DNA of 64,000 bases. Source: an uncultured Verrucomicrobiae bacterium (lineage in GTDB: Bacteria; Verrucomicrobiota; Verrucomicrobiia; Chthoniobacterales; JAFAMB01). Below, one piece after another: positions 60,739 to 64,000 of the stretch. Every line of letters begins with the position of its first letter. Position 1 is the stretch's first letter. Under the pieces are notes generated by a model. It worked only from the letters and a program-made list of their open reading frames with translations. It did not search any database and had not been told where the DNA came from. The stretch lies in assembly GCA_963813025.1 (NCBI GenBank), contig CAWEXO010000014.1, forward strand, positions 438,481 through 502,480, given 5' to 3'. The translations under genes were made by a program, and so were the position numbers.

Positions 60739-62028
60739 TCACGGGCAGTTCGGGTGGTCTCGGTCGTACGAAGGTTTCTTTTGGTACTGCTCGGGGTCAA
60801 TCGTCCAGAATTGGCTAACATGAGGATATGTTTTGATAACGGAGTTGCGCCACTCGCCATTAATGTTCTTAACCTGGTTGAGAAACGTGTCGGTGACTAC
60901 GTTATGGTACTGGTCGAAGGACACGTGCGAAGCCGGGGCATCGAACGATACATTCTGAAGAGCTTCACGGAACGCCTTTTGGTTCTCGATCTCGCCGTTG
61001 ATTTTTTGCAGAGCCAGAATGCCAAACCTAGCTGCCCGATAATAGTTCTCTACAAACACAGAAGGGGGTCGCTTTCGCAATTTCTCGAAAGCAGTGTCAA
61101 GCTGCCTGAATTCCGGCGTGTCGATGTCTCCCGACATGATGGAGCCCGACACTACGCCTTTCAGCTTCTCCCCAACCGATGCCAACTGGCCGGCATCAAC
61201 GGTCACGGTGCCACCGAGTATCGGTTTCTTGCCAAGCTGTCCGTACTCGTCCATCTGATTGACGAAGTTTACTGCGTCCGTTCCCCCTAGTGCGACAAAG
61301 ATGGCATCCACGTCTTTTGGAATCTGAGGAAAGATGGAGCTGTAATCGCTCGTGCCGATTGGCACCCAGAATTTCTTAACAACCTTGCCGCCCGCCGCAC
61401 AGAATGTGGTCATGAAGCCGCCTACCTGAGCATAGGGGAAGGCGTAGTCCTCGGCTATCGTAACCACTTTTTTGTAGCCTGCTTCTTTGTAGGCCCAATT
61501 GCCCAAGGCGAACGTTGGCTGGGCACCTGTATAGGAGGTGCGCCACACGTTTGGCTTAATGCCCCGCATAGTAATGTTCTCGGCAGCGGCACCTGCCACT
61601 ATGATCGTGGTGTTAGGCCATTCGTCCGCGTTGTCTTTGATCGCTTGCCCCTCTGCGCCTGAGAGCGGGCCGAGGATCAATTGAACCTTGTCTCGATTTA
61701 CCAAGGCTCGAGCTTTGTCGAGCGCCGTCGAGGCGCTGGCATCTGTGCCTTCGACGAACAGCTGAACCGGGCGACCGTTGATCTGATTTCCTATTTCATC
61801 GAACGCGATCTTCACACCATCCGCACCGTCCTGGCCTAGTTGAGCGAAAGGGCCTGTCAGAGTAACGAGCACACCAACGCGAATCGGCTCTTTCGAGCTG
61901 CTTGATGTGCTACTGGGTGGACTTGAACTGGCTGAAGGCGTCGGTGCGGCTTCGCTGACAATCGAATGCAGCAACATGAGGCCGACCGCAAACGAAGTGG
62001 CAAATTTAAAGGCGGTCCGTTGTGTCAT
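60739..62028 (-). CDS. periplasmic substrate-binding protein (LivJ/K-like)
   Basis: Signal peptide, Ser-rich linker, IRVGVLVTLTGPFAQLG, DYAFPY. Confidence 0.9.
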   Translation of the reverse strand: MTQRTAFKFATSFAVGLMLLHSIVSEAAPTPSASSSPPSSTSSSSKEPIRVGVLVTLTGPFAQLGQDGADGVKIAFDEIGNQINGRPVQLFVEGTDASASTALDKARALVNRDKVQLILGPLSGAEGQAIKDNADEWPNTTIIVAGAAAENITMRGIKPNVWRTSYTGAQPTFALGNWAYKEAGYKKVVTIAEDYAFPYAQVGGFMTTFCAAGGKVVKKFWVPIGTSDYSSIFPQIPKDVDAIFVALGGTDAVNFVNQMDEYGQLGKKPILGGTVTVDAGQLASVGEKLKGVVSGSIMSGDIDTPEFRQLDTAFEKLRKRPPSVFVENYYRAARFGILALQKINGEIENQKAFREALQNVSFDAPASHVSFDQYHNVVTDTFLNQVKNINGEWRNSVIKTYPHVSQFWTIDPEQYQKKPSYDRDHPNCP

Positions 62029-62032
62029 ATGT

Positions 62033-62071
62033 TTTCTCCGAAACGAGAATTATTCATCGCAAACGATTAAC
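62033..62071. promoter_or_regulatory. candidate LacI-family operator(s)
   Basis: TTTCTCCGAAACG at 62033-62045 is repeated at 62341-62353; adjacent GCAAACGATTAAC; AAACG half-sites resemble LacI-family boxes. Confidence 0.35.
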
Positions 62072-62444
62072 TGCTCGGTGACAGGCGGCTCTTATACTCC
62101 TTCACTTGCCCAAAACCCTTGAGGGACACCCAGTTTCGCTTCGCTTCGAGCAACAGTGGAGCAGTCAGCTGACATTGGCCGAACACCAGCGTCAGAAAGA
62201 AAAGAGGATCGTTCAGTAATCGGGGATTTCTTAATGGAGTTTTCATTTTGGGGGGATAGACAGTGTTTTCGTGGCACACGCTGCCGTCTTAGAGTCTTTT
62301 GCAACTGGACGTTACGGCTGTCAAGCTAGAACCTTATAGATTTCTCCGAAACGCACTTTCTTTTGCTTTCGCACTTTAGTTTTTCTCACCGTGGGGGAAG
62401 AATGTGCTTACTACTGGCGGGATTCCCGGTCATCATTTTTTTCA

Positions 62445-63512
62445 ATGGCGATCCGTCTCAAAGATGTGGCGCAGCACCTTCGACTCTCGGTTTCGACGGT
62501 TAGTGCTGCGTTGCAAAACCGTGAAGATATTGGGGAAGCAACCCGGCAGCGTGTCGCCGAAGCTGCGGAGCGACTCGGCTATCATCCCAATTCGCTCGCC
62601 CGTGGGTTGATCACCAGAAGAACTTTTATTCTCGGTGTCATTGTGCCTGATCTGTCCCGCTCATTTTTTGCCGAAGTTATCAAGGGTATCGACTCCATCA
62701 CCAGCCCGGCTGGATACAATCTGCTGGTGTGCAATACGGAAGAGGATGCGAAGCGGGAAGAGGCAGTTTTGAAGATGCTTTTGTCAAATCAGGTTGATGG
62801 TATCCTGTTGGCTTCTGCACATCCATCGGACAATACTGATTGGCGATCACGCCTCGAGCGATTGGCCGTTCCGATTGTCCTGCTAGACCGTCGAATGGCT
62901 GGCATGCCCTTCGTGGGCGGCGACGATGACGCGATTGGTTTCTTAGCTACCCGGCATCTATTCGAGCAAGGCTATTGTCGGATCGCTCATATTGCTGGCC
63001 CGAAAACCATCAGCACCGCGCTAGGACGATTGAAAGGATATCAGCGCGCACTGAAGGAACTACGATTGAGGCGGCGAGAAGACTTCACCATCGAATCCCC
63101 CTACCACGACGAAGCAGGCGGTTACGAAGCGATGCGGCGACTCTTGCGGCTTTCGCCGGCTCCAGACGCAGTATTTGCCGCCAGCGATCCGATCGCAATT
63201 GGAGCCTTACAAGCTGCTGTCGAAGCAGATTTACAGCTTCCACGCGATCTCGGAATCATAGGGGTGGGCAATCATCGTTACGGTCGTTATTTGCGGGTTC
63301 CATTGAGTACGATCGATCAACAGCGGGCCACAATCGGTCATTCTGCAGCTAACCTGATCCTTAGGCTTATCGAGAAAAAGCGGTTGCGCGCTCGCTCGAT
63401 TCTCGTGTCGCCCAAATATGTCATCAGGGACTCATCAAAGCGTCTCGAGCTGATGCGGCGCAGTCCAACGTCTCGCTCGTCGAGGTCGGAGTCGGCAATT
63501 ATCCGTCGCTGA
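62445..63512 (+). CDS. LacI-family transcriptional regulator
   Basis: IRLKDVAQHLRLSVSTVSAAL HTH, LGYHPNSLARGL, PDAVFAASD, PLSTIDQ. Confidence 0.93.
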   Translation: MAIRLKDVAQHLRLSVSTVSAALQNREDIGEATRQRVAEAAERLGYHPNSLARGLITRRTFILGVIVPDLSRSFFAEVIKGIDSITSPAGYNLLVCNTEEDAKREEAVLKMLLSNQVDGILLASAHPSDNTDWRSRLERLAVPIVLLDRRMAGMPFVGGDDDAIGFLATRHLFEQGYCRIAHIAGPKTISTALGRLKGYQRALKELRLRRREDFTIESPYHDEAGGYEAMRRLLRLSPAPDAVFAASDPIAIGALQAAVEADLQLPRDLGIIGVGNHRYGRYLRVPLSTIDQQRATIGHSAANLILRLIEKKRLRARSILVSPKYVIRDSSKRLELMRRSPTSRSSRSESAIIRR

Positions 63513-64000
63513 AGTTCGCCCTATTGGTCCGCTCCCATGTTTGGGCAAAGTGGTTGATGAAGCAGGGACTTCAGCCGGTGATCGCTTCGAGCTGAACGAA
63601 GGAACACACGCCGCCAGGTCTCGTTTTCAAGAGTGGACAAAGGCGACTCCAGAAATGTAGCGGCTAGAACCTTCTAGCTTGACTTGCAGACCTTTAATAA
63701 GGTAATGGATAGCCAGGACTCCCCCAGCTCTTGTGAGAGAGTATCCAGCCGCGAACAGTACAGAGGAAACATTGTTTCATGGCGCGCATCGATCCGCAGA
63801 ACAATGACTGTTAGAACGCCTCGTTGGTTTTTTGGAACAAACTGGAAAATGGGGAACATACCTCTTCCGCAGACTTTGGAATACGTTCGAATTCTGGCTA
63901 ATCGCTTAGACGGGTTGCCGTCTAAGACCGGCGTCACAATCTTTGTTTTGCCCCCGGTGACGCTTCTTCGAGAGATGGTCCTGGCCTGCGGGAATGCAGG

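Noticed and set aside
63513..64000. ORF 63674-63937 (-)
   Set aside because: No recognisable motif and at the window edge; cannot be supported
1..64000. tRNA/rRNA genes and the many long antisense ORFs overlapping called genes
   Set aside because: No tRNA or rRNA signatures seen by eye; antisense ORFs are expected shadows in GC-rich coding DNA

Overview
Bacterial DNA, most likely a soil Verrucomicrobiota (Chthoniobacterales-like); this is inferred from repeat and IS style and is not proven. The window has four parts. (1) 1-3.2 kb: the 3' end of a methyltransferase and a secreted matrixin/FG-GAP protease with a small secreted partner. (2) 3.6-27.7 kb: an ABC-transporter-type surface polysaccharide locus with two CDP-paratose-epimerase-like SDRs, GT2, methyltransferases, gmd, GT4s, wzm/wzt, an FkbM/coiled-coil protein, a multi-domain GT4 and polytopic GT-C-like proteins. 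Its spacers are filled with at least five REP/REPIN families and a RAYT (TnpA-REP) gene. (3) 27.7-54.5 kb: a glycan island with no REPs that I could find, carrying DUF4214-GT2 paralogs, a methyltransferase-GT fusion, rmlCBDA, sulfotransferases, IS3/IS21/IS110 relics and a complete-ended IS66, with many single-base frameshifts. (4) 54.7-63.5 kb: a LacI-linked Liv-type ABC importer operon with a Tm-1-like/TIM-barrel enzyme pair. The most striking signals are non-coding. A roughly 270-340 bp non-autonomous element with ~30-bp terminal inverted repeats inserts into the 5-nt loop of one REP family and duplicates that loop; filled and empty sites are both present, and the element carries other REPINs as cargo. 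REP sequences are inserted in frame into two glycosylation proteins. A near-identical inverted repeat pair brackets a two-gene cassette that appears to have been flipped. All calls are from reading the sequence by eye; no database searches were run.
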